A stretch of DNA of 63,287 nucleotides from Chiloscyllium plagiosum (lineage: Eukaryota): assembly GCF_004010195.1 (NCBI RefSeq), contig NC_057720.1, positions 6,355,828 through 6,419,114 on the forward strand, written 5' to 3'. The notes under the pieces were generated by a model, which made no database searches, was not told where the DNA came from, and saw only the letters and a list, made by a program, of their open reading frames with translations. Numbering within the stretch: position 1 is the stretch's first letter; each line of letters begins with the position of its first letter. A program made the translations under genes and the position numbers. Positions 1-12,124 of this stretch are shown one piece after another.

Positions 1-135
1 ATGCAGAAGCATGGAATTGAGGGTGATTTAACAGTTTGGATTAGAAACTGGCTTTCTGTAAGAAGGCAACAAGTGGTGGTTAATGGAAAATATTCAGCCT
101 GGAGTCCGGTTACTAGTGGTGTGCCACAAGGATCT
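1..135 (+). mobile_element. CR1 LINE reverse transcriptase fragment (runs off window start)
   Basis: Translates as WIRNWLSVRRQQVVVNGKYSAWSPVTSGVPQGS, the CR1 RT GVPQGS region; cut by a PLE-derived insert at about 136. Confidence 0.9.
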
Positions 136-277
136 GCCACCCCCCTCTCATTTATCTCTCCACCCTGCAGGCTCTTTGCCTCTATTCCTGATGAAGGGCT
201 TTTGCCCGAAACGTCGATTTTCCTCTCCTCGGATGCTGCCTGACCTGCTGTGCTTTTCCAGCACCACTCTGATCTAA
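136..277 (+). mobile_element. Short Penelope-like (Neptune-type) pLTR fragment, family A
   Basis: Pyrimidine-rich linker, hammerhead motif, then gatgctgcctgacctgctgtgcttttccagcaccact. A similar terminus ends the GIY-YIG-bearing element at 45725-46783. Confidence 0.8.
184..219 (+). ncRNA. Minimal type I hammerhead ribozyme motif (family A)
   Basis: ATTC CTGATGA A GGGC-TTTT-GCCC GAAAC GTC GATT: intact core, 4-bp stem II, palindromic ACGU stem III, GUC triplet; stem I imperfect. Confidence 0.75.
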
Positions 278-299
278 ACACATAAACCAGAACCCCAAC

Positions 300-590
300 C
301 TAAAGGTCATGGGACAGTGGATTCAAATAGTGGATGGTCATTGAATTCAAAAAATTTGGAATTGAAAACTAGCGCAGGGTCTACCATGCAACCATCATTG
401 ATTGTCATAAAAACCCATCTGGTTCACTAATGTTCTTTAAAGAAGGGAAGTGCCATCCTTACCCTGTCTGGCCTACATGTGACTTAAGACCCACAGCAAT
501 GGGATTAACTCTTAACCTCCCTCTGGGCAATTAGAGGTGTAATAAATGCTGCCCCAACCGGAGATATCTATCTCCCAGAAATTAATTTTT
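300..590 (+). mobile_element. SINE of a second family (tRNA-like head, LINE-like tail), 5'-degraded
   Basis: Matches 57375-57730 (aaaacccatctggttcactaatg...gggcaattag...aataaatgctg). Confidence 0.7.
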
Positions 591-851
591 TAACAAATAT
601 TTAGGCTGCAGTCCGTACATTTTCACAAGATGTGGATGTCACAGGTAAGGCCAATAATTTGTTGCCTATCCCTGTTGGGCCTTTACTGGTCCAAGTTAGA
701 CCATAAGACGTAGGAACAGAAATTAGGCCACTGGGCCCATCAGATCTGCTTTGCCACTCAATCATATCTCATAGGTTTTTCAACCCCATTCTACCACTTT
801 CACTCTGTAATCTTTGATCTCCTTGGCGATCCCCTTGGCAATCCCCTGAGA

Positions 852-1176
852 GGCATGGTGGCTCAGTGGTTAGCACTGCTGCTTCACAGCGCAGGGCACC
901 TGTGTTCGATTACTGCCTCAAGTGACTGTCTGTATGGAGTTTGCACATTCTCCCTGTGTCTGTGTGGGTTTCCTTCGGGTGCTCTGGTTTCTTCCCACAG
1001 TCCAAAGATATGCAGGTCAGGTGAATTGGACGTGCTAAACTGTCCATAGTGTTAGGTGCATTAGTCGGGTAAATATAGGGTAGGGGAAAAGGTCTGGGTG
1101 GGTTAATCTTCAGAGGGTCAGTGTGGACTTGTTGGACTAAAGGGTCTATTTCCATACTGTAGGGAATCTAATCAAT
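852..1176 (+). mobile_element. HE1-type V-SINE
   Basis: A box tggctcagtgg, B box gttcgatt, V-domain gtggagtttgcacattctccc...cccacagtccaaaga, CR1-like tail ending aatctaatcaatc. Confidence 0.9.
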
Positions 1177-1187
1177 CAAGAACATCT

Positions 1188-1429
1188 AGAGGCATGGCAC
1201 TCATCCACAGATTCAATCAATAAGCACATCGACCTGGACCCAATATACCGGCCACTGCAGCGGACAGCTGGAACTGACAACCGGAAGCAGCAGAGACAAA
1301 CCACTATAAATGCCGGAGGAAACATCACAGAAGCGCTTCACAGGAGGGTCCCAAACACTGAGGATGTCACCTAGACAGGGGACGAAACGTCTGCAACACA
1401 AATTCCCAACTCGGCGAACAGAACCACAA
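1188..1429 (+). mobile_element. 5'-truncated Penelope-like element, family B (GIY-YIG C-terminus plus pLTR)
   Basis: Encodes EAWHSSTDSINKHIDLDPIYRPL; hammerhead motif at 1355-1394; 11-bp TSD caagaacatct (1177-1187, 1430-1440). Confidence 0.85.
1355..1394 (+). ncRNA. Minimal hammerhead ribozyme motif (family B)
   Basis: ACA CTGAGGA T GTC-ACCT-AGAC-AGGG-GAC GAAAC GTC TGC. Confidence 0.7.
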
Positions 1430-3155
1430 CAAGAACATCTCTATCTCTGTTTTAAATGCACTCAATGACCTGGCCTTCACAGCCCTCTGTGGCAATGAGT
1501 TCCACAGATGCCCCACTCTCTGGCTGAAGATGTTTCTCCTTATCTCCTTTCTAAAAGGTCTTCCCTTTGCTCTAAGGCTGTGCCCTTGGGTCCTAATCTC
1601 TCCTGCCAATGGAAACATCTTCCAAATCACCCCACCCTGTCCAGATCATTCAGGATTCTGCAAGTTTCAATCAGATCTCCCCTCATGCCTTTTGTTGACA
1701 GGGAACTACATTGCAGTGAGTCTAGAATGAAATACAGACCAGATTATCAGGTGCGTTATAAACAGCAGCAACAGAGTTAAGATGTGCTGACAGTTTTATC
1801 CTTCTCTCTCTTAGTGCACCACTGACCGACCACTGCAGGCTATAGGTATGATGGCGAAAAGCTCCTCATCATTTTGAGTGGCGCGTTGAAAAGTTCACAA
1901 TCTGGTGGCTGTGTTTTCAGATCTCCCTTCAAATGATGCCAGCAGCAACAGCATTCCAAGTGCACATCTGAGCATTTTGTGCGCTGTTCAGAATATAAAG
2001 ACAAAGATGCCTCGGGCTCAGTGGCTACCCATTGAAGTGTCTACCCACTGAACAAGCTGTTCAACAAACTTACAGATTACACTGAAGAGTACAGCTTCCC
2101 CAAGGCCTTCCCGTAGGTGCACATCAGAAAGGTTAGCAAGCCACCAGAAGCAATGCTAAAATTAGCCTTGACAGGCCAATGAGTGGATATGACAAACTGA
2201 ACTCTTTTCTGCCCCTGACTGCTGCTGGTAATATATGGAGTTATTGCAGACTTTTATCTGGAGTTGCGGATGAAGGGAACTCCCGCAGGATTTGGAAGGA
2301 TCTCACCTGTTTTAGAATGTAGAATACAGAGAAACTTACAGGAGATTAAAGGACCTGGATAGAGTGGATGTGGAGGAGACTAGGGGAGACTAGGACTTGA
2401 GTAAACAGCTTTAGATGGAATGGACAACCATTGAAATTGAGATGAAGAGGAACTTCTTCAGCCAGAGGGTGGGGAATCTGTGGAACTCAATGCCACAGGG
2501 GGCTGTGGAGGCCTAGTCATTGAGAGAGATAGGTTGGTTCTTGATTTGTAAAGGGATCAAAGGTTACGGGGAGAAGGCATTCGAAGATGGAGGATGGGAA
2601 AAATTTCTGGCTGTAACAGCTGCTCCGTTTTTTGAGGTATTTTAGGTGTTGGAGGTGATTTCCTCGAATTCCACACAACTAATCTTGGAGGAACTGTTGG
2701 GTGAAGTTCACAGCACAGAATCAGATAAGTTAATTGTTGTTTTAAGCGTGGCCTACAGAAAATCTGCAGGAGTGAGTAGAGTTGGTTCTTTCTTGATTAC
2801 ATGTTTTTGGAGATATGTCTCATGATTAAACTTAAAATATAAGTCATTAATATGAATTTAATCTGAGGCAGTGTTTGTAGAGGAATAAGAAGGTGTTATT
2901 TTCTGGGTCAGTAGATTGTGAAGGAGCAAAAATGGCCTTTAATATATACTTCTTGTCAGATGTGGGAGCTGAAAGAGAGTTTAAGGGTTACTTAAGGATT
3001 ATTTAAGGTGGAATTTGATAGATTCGATAGGAGGTCACTGGTTGCTCAAGGGAAGAGAGGAAACGAGGGTAGAGATCACAAGTAAAGAGAGTTTAAAGGT
3101 TACTGCAGATTATATCTTCCATAAATGCTGTTGGTTGCGAATCTTATCAGATTGA

Positions 3156-3967
3156 ATGGATCAGTTGGAGAGACAGATAGAAGCGATGAGGAATTTGCAA
3201 CAGCAACAGTTTGTGATGGATGGCAGTTATAAGAAGGGGGGAAATTCTCAGGTACAGTCACATAGATGGGTTAACTCCAGGAAGGGTAAGAGAGGTAGGC
3301 AGCTAGTTCAGGAGTCTTTTGTGGCTATACCCATTTCAAACAGGTATGCTGTTTTGGAAAATGAAGGAGGTGATGGATTCTCAGGGGAACGTAGCACGAG
3401 CAGCCAAGTTTCTGGTATTGAGACTGGCTCTAATGCAATGAGGGGTACGTTGGATTCCAAAAGATCAATTGTGTTAGAGGATTCTCTAGTCCGAGGTACA
3501 GACAGATGTTTCTGTGACCAGCAGCGAAAAAGCAGAATGGTGTGTTGTTTCCCTGGTGCCTGGATCAAGGATGTCTCCGAGAGGCTGCAGAATGTTCTCA
3601 CGGGGGAGAGGGACCAGCAGGAGGTCATTGTCCACATTGGAACCAACAGCATAGGAAGGGAGGAGATTGAGACTCTGAAGGGAGATTATAGAGAGTTAGG
3701 CAGGAATTTAAAAAGGAGGTCCTCAAGGGTAGTAATATCTGGATTACTCCCGGTGCCACAAGCTAGTGAGGGCAGGAATAGGAGGATAGAGCAGATGAAT
3801 GCATGACTGAGATGGTGTATGGAAGAAGGATTCACATTTTTGGATTATTGGAATCTCTTTTGGGGTAGAAGTGACCTGTTCAAAAAGGACAGATTGCATC
3901 TAAATTGGACGGGGACTAATATACTGGCAGGGAGATTTGCTAGAGCTGCTTGGGAGGATTTAAACTA
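3156..3967 (+). pseudogene. CR1 ORF1 with SGNH/GDSL esterase-like domain
   Basis: Motifs IVLEDSLVR, CFPGA, VIVHIGTN, VVISGLLP and downstream DRLHLN; interrupted by a stop at 3806. Confidence 0.85.
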
Positions 3968-4099
3968 GTTAGGTGGGGTGCTTGGGAGGATGGGGGGGGG
4001 GCGGGGGGGGGGGGAGGACCCAGGGAGATAGTGAGGAAAGAGATCAATCTGAGACTGATACAGTTGAGAACAGAAGTGAGTCAAACAGTCAGGGCAGGC

Positions 4100-6336
4100 A
4101 GGGACATGGTAGGACTAATAAATTAAATTGCATTTATTGCAATGCAAGGGGCCTAACAGGGAAGGCAGATAAACTCAGGGCATGGTTAGGAACATGGGGC
4201 TGGGATATCATAGCAATTACAGGAACATGGCTCAGGGATGGGCAGGACTGGCAGCTTAATGTTCCAGGATACAAATGCTACAGGAAGGATAGAAAGGGAG
4301 GCAAGAGAGGAGGGGGAGTGGCATTTTTGATAAGGGATAGCATTACAGCTGTGCTGAGGGAGGATATTCCCGGAAATACATCCAGGGAAGTTATTTGGGT
4401 GGAACTGAGAAATAAGAAAGGGATGATCACCTTATTGGGATTGTATTATAGACCCCCGATAGTCAGAGGGAAATTGAGGAACAAACTTGTAAGGAGATCT
4501 TAGCTATCTGTAAGAATAATAGGGTAGTTACGGTAGGAGATTTTAACTTTCTAAACATAGACTGGGACTGCCATAGTGTGAAGGGTTTAAACGGAGAGGA
4601 ATTTGTTAAGTGTGTACAAGACAATTTTCTGATTCAGTATGTGGATGTACCTACTAGAGAAGGTGCAAAACTTGACCTACTCTTGGGAAATAAGGCAGGG
4701 CAGGTGACTGAGGTGTCAGTGGGGGAGCACTTTGGGGCCAGCAACTATAATTCTATTGGATTTAAAATAATGATGGAAAAGGATAGACCAGATCTAAAAG
4801 TTCAAGTTCTAAGTTGGAGAAAGGCCAATTTTGACGGTATTAGGCAAGAACTTTCAAAAGCTGATTGGGGGCAGATGTTCGCAGGTAAAGGGACGGCTGG
4901 AAAATGGGAAGCCTTTAGAAATGAGATAACGAGAATCCAGAGAAAGTATATTCCTGTCAGGGTGAAAGGGAAGGCTGGTAGGTGTAGGGAATGCTGGATG
5001 ACTAAAGAAATTGAGTTTTGGTTAAGAAAAAGAAGGAAGCATATGTCAAGTATAGACAGGATAGGTCGAGTGAATCCTTAGGAGAGTATAAAGGCAGTAG
5101 GAGTATATTTAAGAGGGAAATCAGGAGGGCAAAAAGGGGCCATGAGATAGCTTTGGCAAATAGAGTTAAGGAAAATCCAAAGGGTTTTTACAAATACATT
5201 AAGGACAAAAGAGTAACGAGGGATAGAATAGGGCCCCTCAGAGATCAGCAAGGTGGCTTTTGTGTGGAGCCACAGAAAATGGGGGAGATACTAAATGAGC
5301 ATTTTGCATCAGTATTTACTGTGGAAAAGGATATGGAAGATATAGACTGTAGGGAAATAGATGGTGACATCTTGCAAAATGTCCAGATTACAGATTGCTG
5401 GATGTCTTGAAACGGTTAAAGATGGGTAAATCCCCAGGACCTGATCAGGTGTACTCTAGAACTCTGTGGGAAGCTAGAGAAGTGATTGCTGGGCCTCTTG
5501 ATAAGATATTTGTATCATCGATAGTCACAGGTGAGGTGCCGGAAGACTGGAGGTTGGCTAACGTGGTGCCACTGTTTAAGAAGGATAGTAAGGACAAGCC
5601 AGAAAACTATAGACCATTGAGCCTGACGTCGGTGGTGGGCAAGTTGTTGGAGGGAACCCTGAGGGACAGGATGTACATATATTTGGAAAGGCAAGGACTG
5701 ATTAGTAGGGATAGTCAACATGGCTTTGTGCGTGGGAAATCATGTCTCACAAACTTGATTGAGTTTTTTGAAGAAGTAACAAAAAGGATTGATGAGGGCA
5801 GAGCAGTAGATGTGATCTATATGGACTTCAGTAAGGCGTTTGACAAGGTTCCCCATGGGAGACTGGTTAGCAAGGTTAGATCTCATAGCATACAGAGAGA
5901 ACTAGCCATTTGGATACTGAGCCACTTGGCTCAAAGGTAGAAGACAGAGGGTGGTGTTAGAGAGTTGTTTTACAGACTGGAGGCCTGTGACCAGTGGAGT
6001 GCCACAAGGATTGGTGCTGGGTCCTCTATTTTTTATCATTTACATAAATGATTTGGATGTGAGCATAAGGGGTACAGTTAGTAAGTTTGCAGATGACACC
6101 AAAATTGGAGATGTAGTGGACAGCAAAGAGGGTTACCTCAGACTACAACAGGATCTGGACCAGGTGGGCCAATGGGCCGAGAAGTGGCAGATGGAGTTTA
6201 ATTCAGATAACTGCGAGGTGCTACATTTTGGGAAAGCAAATCTTAGCAGGACTTATATACTTAATGGTAAGATCCTAGGGAGTGTTGCTGAACAAAGAGA
6301 CCTTGGGGTGCAGGTTCATAGCTCCTTGAAAGTGGA
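4100..6336 (+). pseudogene. CR1 ORF2 (AP endonuclease plus reverse transcriptase), frameshifted
   Basis: YCNARGL, IIAITGTWL, GDFNF, LDLLL, NYRPLSLTS, QHGF, MDFSKAFDKV, GVPQG and KFADDTK spread over several frames. Confidence 0.92.
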
Positions 6337-7011
6337 NNNNNNNNNNNNNNNNNNNNNNNNNNNNNNNNNNNNNNNNNNNNNNNNNNNNNNNNNNNNNNNN
6401 NNNNNNNNNNNNNNNNNNNNNNNNNNNNNNNNNNNNNNNNNNNNNNNNNNNNNNNNNNNNNNNNNNNNNNNNNNNNNNNNNNNNNNNNNNNNNNNNNNNN
6501 NNNNNNNNNNNNNNNNNNNNNNNNNNNNNNNNNNNNNNNNNNNNNNNNNNNNNNNNNNNNNNNNNNNNNNNNNNNNNNNNNNNNNNNNNNNNNNNNNNNN
6601 NNNNNNNNNNNNNNNNNNNNNNNNNNNNNNNNNNNNNNNNNNNNNNNNNNNNNNNNNNNNNNNNNNNNNNNNNNNNNNNNNNNNNNNNNNNNNNNNNNNN
6701 NNNNNNNNNNNNNNNNNNNNNNNNNNNGGTGGAGGCTGGTACAATTGCAACATTTAAAAGGCATTTGGATGGATATATGAATAGGAAGAGTTTGGAGGGA
6801 TATGGGCCGGGTGCTGGCAGGTGGGACTAGATTGGGTTGGGATATCTGGTCGGCATGGACGGGTTGGACCGAAGGGTCTGTTTCCATGGTGTATATCTCT
6901 ATGACTCGATGAATGGGCTGAGAAACATATCAGCCACAATTGAATGGCAGAACAGAGCCTGATGGGCCGAATGGCCTAATTCTGCTCCCACATGGTATGG
7001 CCTTATGGACG

Positions 7012-7358
7012 TGCTCGACCTGCTGTGCTTTTCCAGCACCACTCTAATCTTGACTCTAATCTCCAGCATGTGCCATATCTAGTTACGCCTCGTTGATCTT
7101 AACCTTACTGCGAATTCTCTTGCAACAATGCTGCCTTGTAGAAGTTCTCCTCCTCTCTCTACAATGCTCCTTAGCCTCACCCCCTCCCAGTTATCTCTCC
7201 ATCCTCCGGAGCCCTCAGCCTCACTTCTGGTGAAGGGCCTTTGCTCGAAATATCGATTTTCCTGCTTCGCGGATGCTGCCTGACCTGCTGTGCTTTTCCA
7301 GCACCACACTCTAATCCTGACCTTAATCTCCAGCATCTGCAGTGCCCACATCTGCCTT
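7012..7358 (+). mobile_element. Partially tandem PLE family A termini, degenerate
   Basis: Two direct copies of gacctgctgtgcttttccagcacca...ctccagcat separated by about 200 bp; decayed hammerhead near 7225-7258. Confidence 0.7.
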
Positions 7359-8159
7359 ATGGCCTGTTTTTGTCCATTGGCAGCCAGAAGGACACACATG
7401 TTTCCCAAGTCCCATGTTTTCTCCACAGAAGGGATTTGACAATTTGCAATGCTATGTGAACAAAGTATGATAATCTAATTTAATTATTGAAAGATGCATA
7501 GATTGGAAGCTCAGTCAGTGTAACTTCTAAATATTGAGGTGTCTGGTCTAAATTCAGGTCAACTGAAGAAAAACACTGAAGCGTAGGAGTTAAAGACATC
7601 ATTTGATTAAGTTCTTATTTTATCTTTCATGTTCTCTCTACGTCTGATGTTATTACACAATAAAACAAAATTACTCAAATGACATAATGATTAAAATCAC
7701 TCATCCCATGGTGAGAGTTAATTGCTGCTAAATATGTTTTATTTCCCCTGCTCAGCCTTTCCCTCATCACAGTGTCTCCACAGCCAACAAATACAATCCC
7801 AATTAGCCTTTCCCATGTTGTTTTTCAAATTGTGGAGACAATCACAAAGATAAATGGGAAATTTGGATCATCTCACAACATGGGTTTCAGTGACCTCTGC
7901 CACTGAGTGATGTTGTACAGGTCGGAAGGTGGTGAGTCCCCAAACTGTTTGAAGGGGATTTCTTGCTGTTAAGCAGTAAAGTGACTCTGGTGAGACAGGG
8001 GAGCAGAGTCGGACACCCCAGCAGGAACTCTCCACTCTGCCCCTTCTCTTTTCTTCTATTGTTTTTTCCGCCCTCCCTCCTCCCTTCTTTTGGTCTCAGA
8101 CACCCAGACCTGGCCTTCCGAAACGGGGTCAGCAGAGACACCAGCATCTGCAGCGGCGA

Positions 8160-11100
8160 TACAAGTGACCAGAGGTTGGAGCAGGGACACTGGTGACCAG
8201 TGGCTGGAGTGGGTACACCAGTGACCAGTGGCTGGAGTGGGTACACCAGTGACCAGTGGCTGGAGTGGGGATTCCAGTGACCAGTGGTTGGAATGGGTAC
8301 ACCAGTGACCAGTGGCTGGAGTGGGGATACCAGTGGCCAGTGTCTGGAGTGGGTACACCAGTGACCAGTGACTGGAGTGGGGATACCAGTAGCCAGTGTC
8401 TGGAGTGGGTACACCAGTGACCAGTGACTGGAGTGGGGATTCCAGTGACCAGTGTCTGGAGTGGGTACACCAGTGACCAGTGGCTGGAGTGGGGATTCCA
8501 GTGACCAGTACCTGGAGTGGGGACACCAGTGACCAGTGGCTGGAGTGGGGACACTAGTGACCAGTGTCTGGAATGGGGACACCAGTAACCAGTGGTTGGA
8601 GTGGGGATTCCAGTGACCAGTGGCTTGAGTGTGGACACCAGTGACCAGTGTCTGGAGTGGGGACACCAGTGACCAGTAGCTGTAATGGGGACACCAGTGA
8701 CCAGTGGCTGGAGTGGAGATACCAGTGACCAGTGGCTGGAGCGGGGACACCGGTGACCAGTGTCTGAGTGGGAACATCGGTGACCAGTGTCTGGAGTGGG
8801 GACACTAGTGACCAGTGTCTGGAGTGGGGACACCAGTGACCAGTGTCTGGAGTGGTGATTCCAGTAACCAGTATCTGGAGTGGGGACACCAGTAACCAGT
8901 GTCTGGAGTGGGGACACCAGTAACCAGTGTCTGGAGTGGGGACACCAGTGACCAGTGGCTGGAGTGGGGACACCAGTAACCAGTGTCTGGAGTGGGGACA
9001 CCAGTAACCAGTGTCTGGATGGGGACACCAGTGACCAGTATCTGGAGTGGGGACACCAGTGACCAGTGACTGGAGTGGGGACACTAGTGACCAGTGTCTG
9101 GAGTGGGGACACCAGTGACCAGTGTCTGGATTGGGGACACCAGTGATCAGTGTCTGGAGTTGGGACACCAGTAACCAGTGACTGGAGTGGGGACACTAGT
9201 GACCAGTGTCTGGATTGGGGACACCAGTGACCAGTGTCTGGATTGGGGACACCAGTGACCAGTGTCTGGAGTTGGGACACCAGTAACCAGTGGCTGGATT
9301 GGAGACACCAGTGACCAGTGTCTGGAGTGGGGACACCAGTAACCAGTGTCTGTAATGGGTACACCAGTGACCAGTGTCTGGAGTGGGGACACCAGTGACC
9401 AGTGTCTGGAGTGGGGACACCAGTGACCAGTGTCTGGAGTTGGGACACCAGTGACCAGTGTCTGGAGTGGTGATTCCAGTAACCAGCGTCTGGAGTGGGG
9501 ACACCAGTGACCAGTGGCTGGAGTGGTGATTCCAGTGACCAGTGTCTGAAGTGGGGACACCAGTGACCAGTGGCTGGAGTGGGGACTCCAGTGACCAGTG
9601 TCTGGAGTGGGGACACCAGTGACCAGTGGCTGGAGTGGGGACTCCAGTGACCAGTGTCTGGAGTGTGAACACCAGTGACCAGTGGCTGGAGTGGGGACAC
9701 CATTGACAGTGGCTGGAGTGGGTACACCTGTCACCAGTGTCTGGAGTTGGGACACCAGTGACCAGTGTCTGGAGTGGGGACACCAGTGACCAGTATCTGG
9801 AGTGGGGAGCTGGAAATGTGTTGCTGGAAAAGCGCAGCAGGTCAGACAGCATCCAGGGAACAGGAGAATCGACGTTTCGGGCATAAGCACTTCTTCAGGA
9901 AACAGTGGCTGGAGTGGAGATACCTGTGACCAGTGGCTTGAGAGGGGACTCCAGTGTCTGGAGTGGGGACACCAGTAACTAGTGGCTGGAGTGGGAACAC
10001 CAGTGACCAGTGTCTGAAGTGGGGACACCAGTGACCAGTGTCTGGAGTGGGGACATCAATAACCAGTATCTGGAGTGGGGACACCACTGACCAGTGGCTG
10101 GATTGGAGATACCAGTGACCAGTGGCTGGAGTGGGGACTCCAGTGACCAGTGGCTGGAGTGGGTACACCCGTGACCAGTGGCTGGAGTGGGGACTCCAGT
10201 GACCAGTGGCTGGAGAGGGGATACCAGTAACGAGTGTCTTGAGAGGGGTCACCAGTGACCAGTGGCTGGAGTGGTGATTCCACTAACCAGTGTCTGGAGT
10301 GGGGACACCAGTGACCAGTGGCTGGATTGGAGACACCAGTGACCAGTGTCTGGAGTGGGGACATTAATAACCAGTATCTGGAGTGGGGGTACCAGTAATC
10401 AGTGTCTGAAATGGTGACACCAGTGACCAGTGTCTGGAGTGGGGACGCCAGTGACCAGTGGCTGGATTGGGGACTCCAGTGACCAGTGGCTGGAGTGGGT
10501 ACACCAGTGACCAGTGTCTGGAGTAGGGACGCCAGTGACCAGTGGCTGGATTGGGGACTCCAGTGACCAGTGGCTGGAGTGGGTACACCAGTGACCAGTG
10601 GCTGGAGTGGGGACACCAGTGACCAGTGTCTGGAGTGGTGATTCCAGTGACCAGTGTCTGGAGTGGTGATTCCAGTGACCAGTATCTGGAGTGGGGACAC
10701 TAGTGACCAGTGTCTGGAGTGGGGACACTAGTGACCAGTGTCTGGAGTGGGGACACCAGTAACCAGTGTCTGGAGTGGGGACGCCAGTGACCAGTGGCTG
10801 GAGTGAGGACTCCAGTGACCAGTGTCTGAAGTGGGGACACCAGTGACCAGTGTCTGTAATAGGGACACCAGTGACCAGTGGCTGGAGTGAGGACTCCAGT
10901 GACCAGTATCTGGAGTGGGGACACCAGTGACCAGTGTCTGGAGTGGGGACACCAGTGACCAGTGTCTGGAGTGGGGACACCAGTGACCAGTGTCTGGAGT
11001 GGTGGTACCAGTGACCAGTGGCTGGAGTGGGGACTCCAGTGACCAGTGGCTGGAGTGGGGTCACCAGTGACCAGTGGCTGGAGTGGTGATTCCAGTAACC

Positions 11101-11655
11101 AGTGTCTGGAGTAGGGACACCAGTGACCAGTGTCTAGGTTGGGGACACCAGTGACCAGTGGCTGGATTGGAGACACCCGTGACCAGTGTCTGAAGTGGGG
11201 ACTCCAGTGACCAGTGTCTGTAATGGGGACACCAGTGACCTGTGTCTGTAATGGGGACTCCAGTGACCAGTAGCTGGAGTGGGTACACCAGTGACTAGTG
11301 GCTGGAGTGGGGACTCCAGTGACCAGTATCTGGAGTGGGGACACCAGTGGCCAGTGTCTGGAGTGGGGACACCAGTGACCAGTGTCTGGAGTGGTGATTC
11401 CAGTGACCAGTGTCTGGTGTGGGGACACCAGTGACCAGTGTCTGGAGTGGGGACACTAGTGACCAGTGTCTGGATTGGGGACACCAGTGACCAGTGGCTG
11501 GAGTGGGGATTCCAGTGACCAGTGTCTGGATTGGGTACACCAGTGACCAGTGTCTGGAGTGGAGACACCAGTGACCAGTGTCTGGAGTGGGGACGCCAGT
11601 GACCAGTGTCTGGAGTGGGGACACTAGTGACCAGTGTCTGGAGTGGGGACACTAG
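8160..11655. repeat. 28-bp minisatellite, about 120 units, consensus CCAGTGACCAGTGTCTGGAGTGGGGACA
   Basis: Direct reading; the 28-aa periodicity in minus-strand ORFs equals three 28-nt units; interrupted at about 9808-9902. Confidence 0.97.
9808..9902 (-). mobile_element. Short PLE family A insert inside the minisatellite
   Basis: Minus strand TTC CTGAAGA AGTGC TTAT GCCC GAAAC GTC GATT...gctgtctgacctgctgcgcttttccagc. Confidence 0.8.
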
Positions 11656-12124
11656 TGGTGGCTCAGTGCAGAACGTGGGGACAGCCAGCAGCTCGACCAT
11701 GTGGGGCTCCCCCCGTGCTGGGGTGCTATAGGCAGCCCTTGGAGACAGACTGCCAAGTTTGTCTTTTTAACTTCGCTTGTTTCTCTGACCAATGGTTAGA
11801 CTGTGTATAGCTGTAATGTAACCTTTTTTTCTTAATTTCTCTATTCTGTAACTAATTCATAATTCTGTTGTGAATTTGTGTTAATGAAAAATGCGTTTTT
11901 AACAGATGACCTGTACTCATTGAGTACATGTGACAATAAAGCTAATTTAATTCAATTCCATTCAAATGTTGCATGATAGCCAATCTGAGCATGCACGTCT
12001 TGGTTAGTTAAGAACAATTACTCCTTTCCTGGAGGGCCTCTATTAGGTCTCCTTGGTTTGTACCAGAGATACTTGGATAACCTGTCAGCAGCTACACTTT
12101 TACAGCTCTGGCCACTCAGTTGAT

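Larger units (their letters stand above)
697..1690 (-). mobile_element. CR1-group LINE 3' end hosting nested HE1 SINE and PLE
   Basis: Minus frame MFPLAGEIRTQGHSLRAKGRPFRKEIRRNIFSQRVGHLWNSLP, typical CR1 ORF2 C-terminus, followed by 3' UTR. Confidence 0.85.
2581..6908 (+). mobile_element. Near full-length CR1 (HER1-type) LINE, decayed
   Basis: 5' UTR, ORF1 esterase, ORF2 AP endonuclease plus RT, N-gap 6337-6727, 3' tail ending ctctatgactc. Confidence 0.92.
2310..7008 (+). mobile_element. Older CR1-group 3' end split by the long CR1 insertion (pieces about 2310-2580 and 6909-7008)
   Basis: ...aaggttacggggagaaggca resumes after 6908 as tgggctgagaaacatatcagcc...gggccgaatggcctaattctgctccc, collinear with the intact tail at about 27600-27715. 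Confidence 0.7.

Noticed and set aside
852..930. tRNA gene
   Set aside because: A/B boxes belong to SINE heads that continue into V-domain and LINE-like tails; no complete cloverleaf.
6261..6887. ORFs spanning poly-X
   Set aside because: They cross the assembly gap at 6337-6727.
8160..11655. CRISPR-like array (28-bp, partly palindromic repeat)
   Set aside because: Units are head-to-tail with no unique spacers, there are no cas genes, and the context is vertebrate.
7887..11700. Long minus-strand ORFs (up to 532 aa) with His/Trp/Pro repeats
   Set aside because: All three frames give the same permuted 28-aa repeat, the expected artefact of a stop-poor 28-bp minisatellite.
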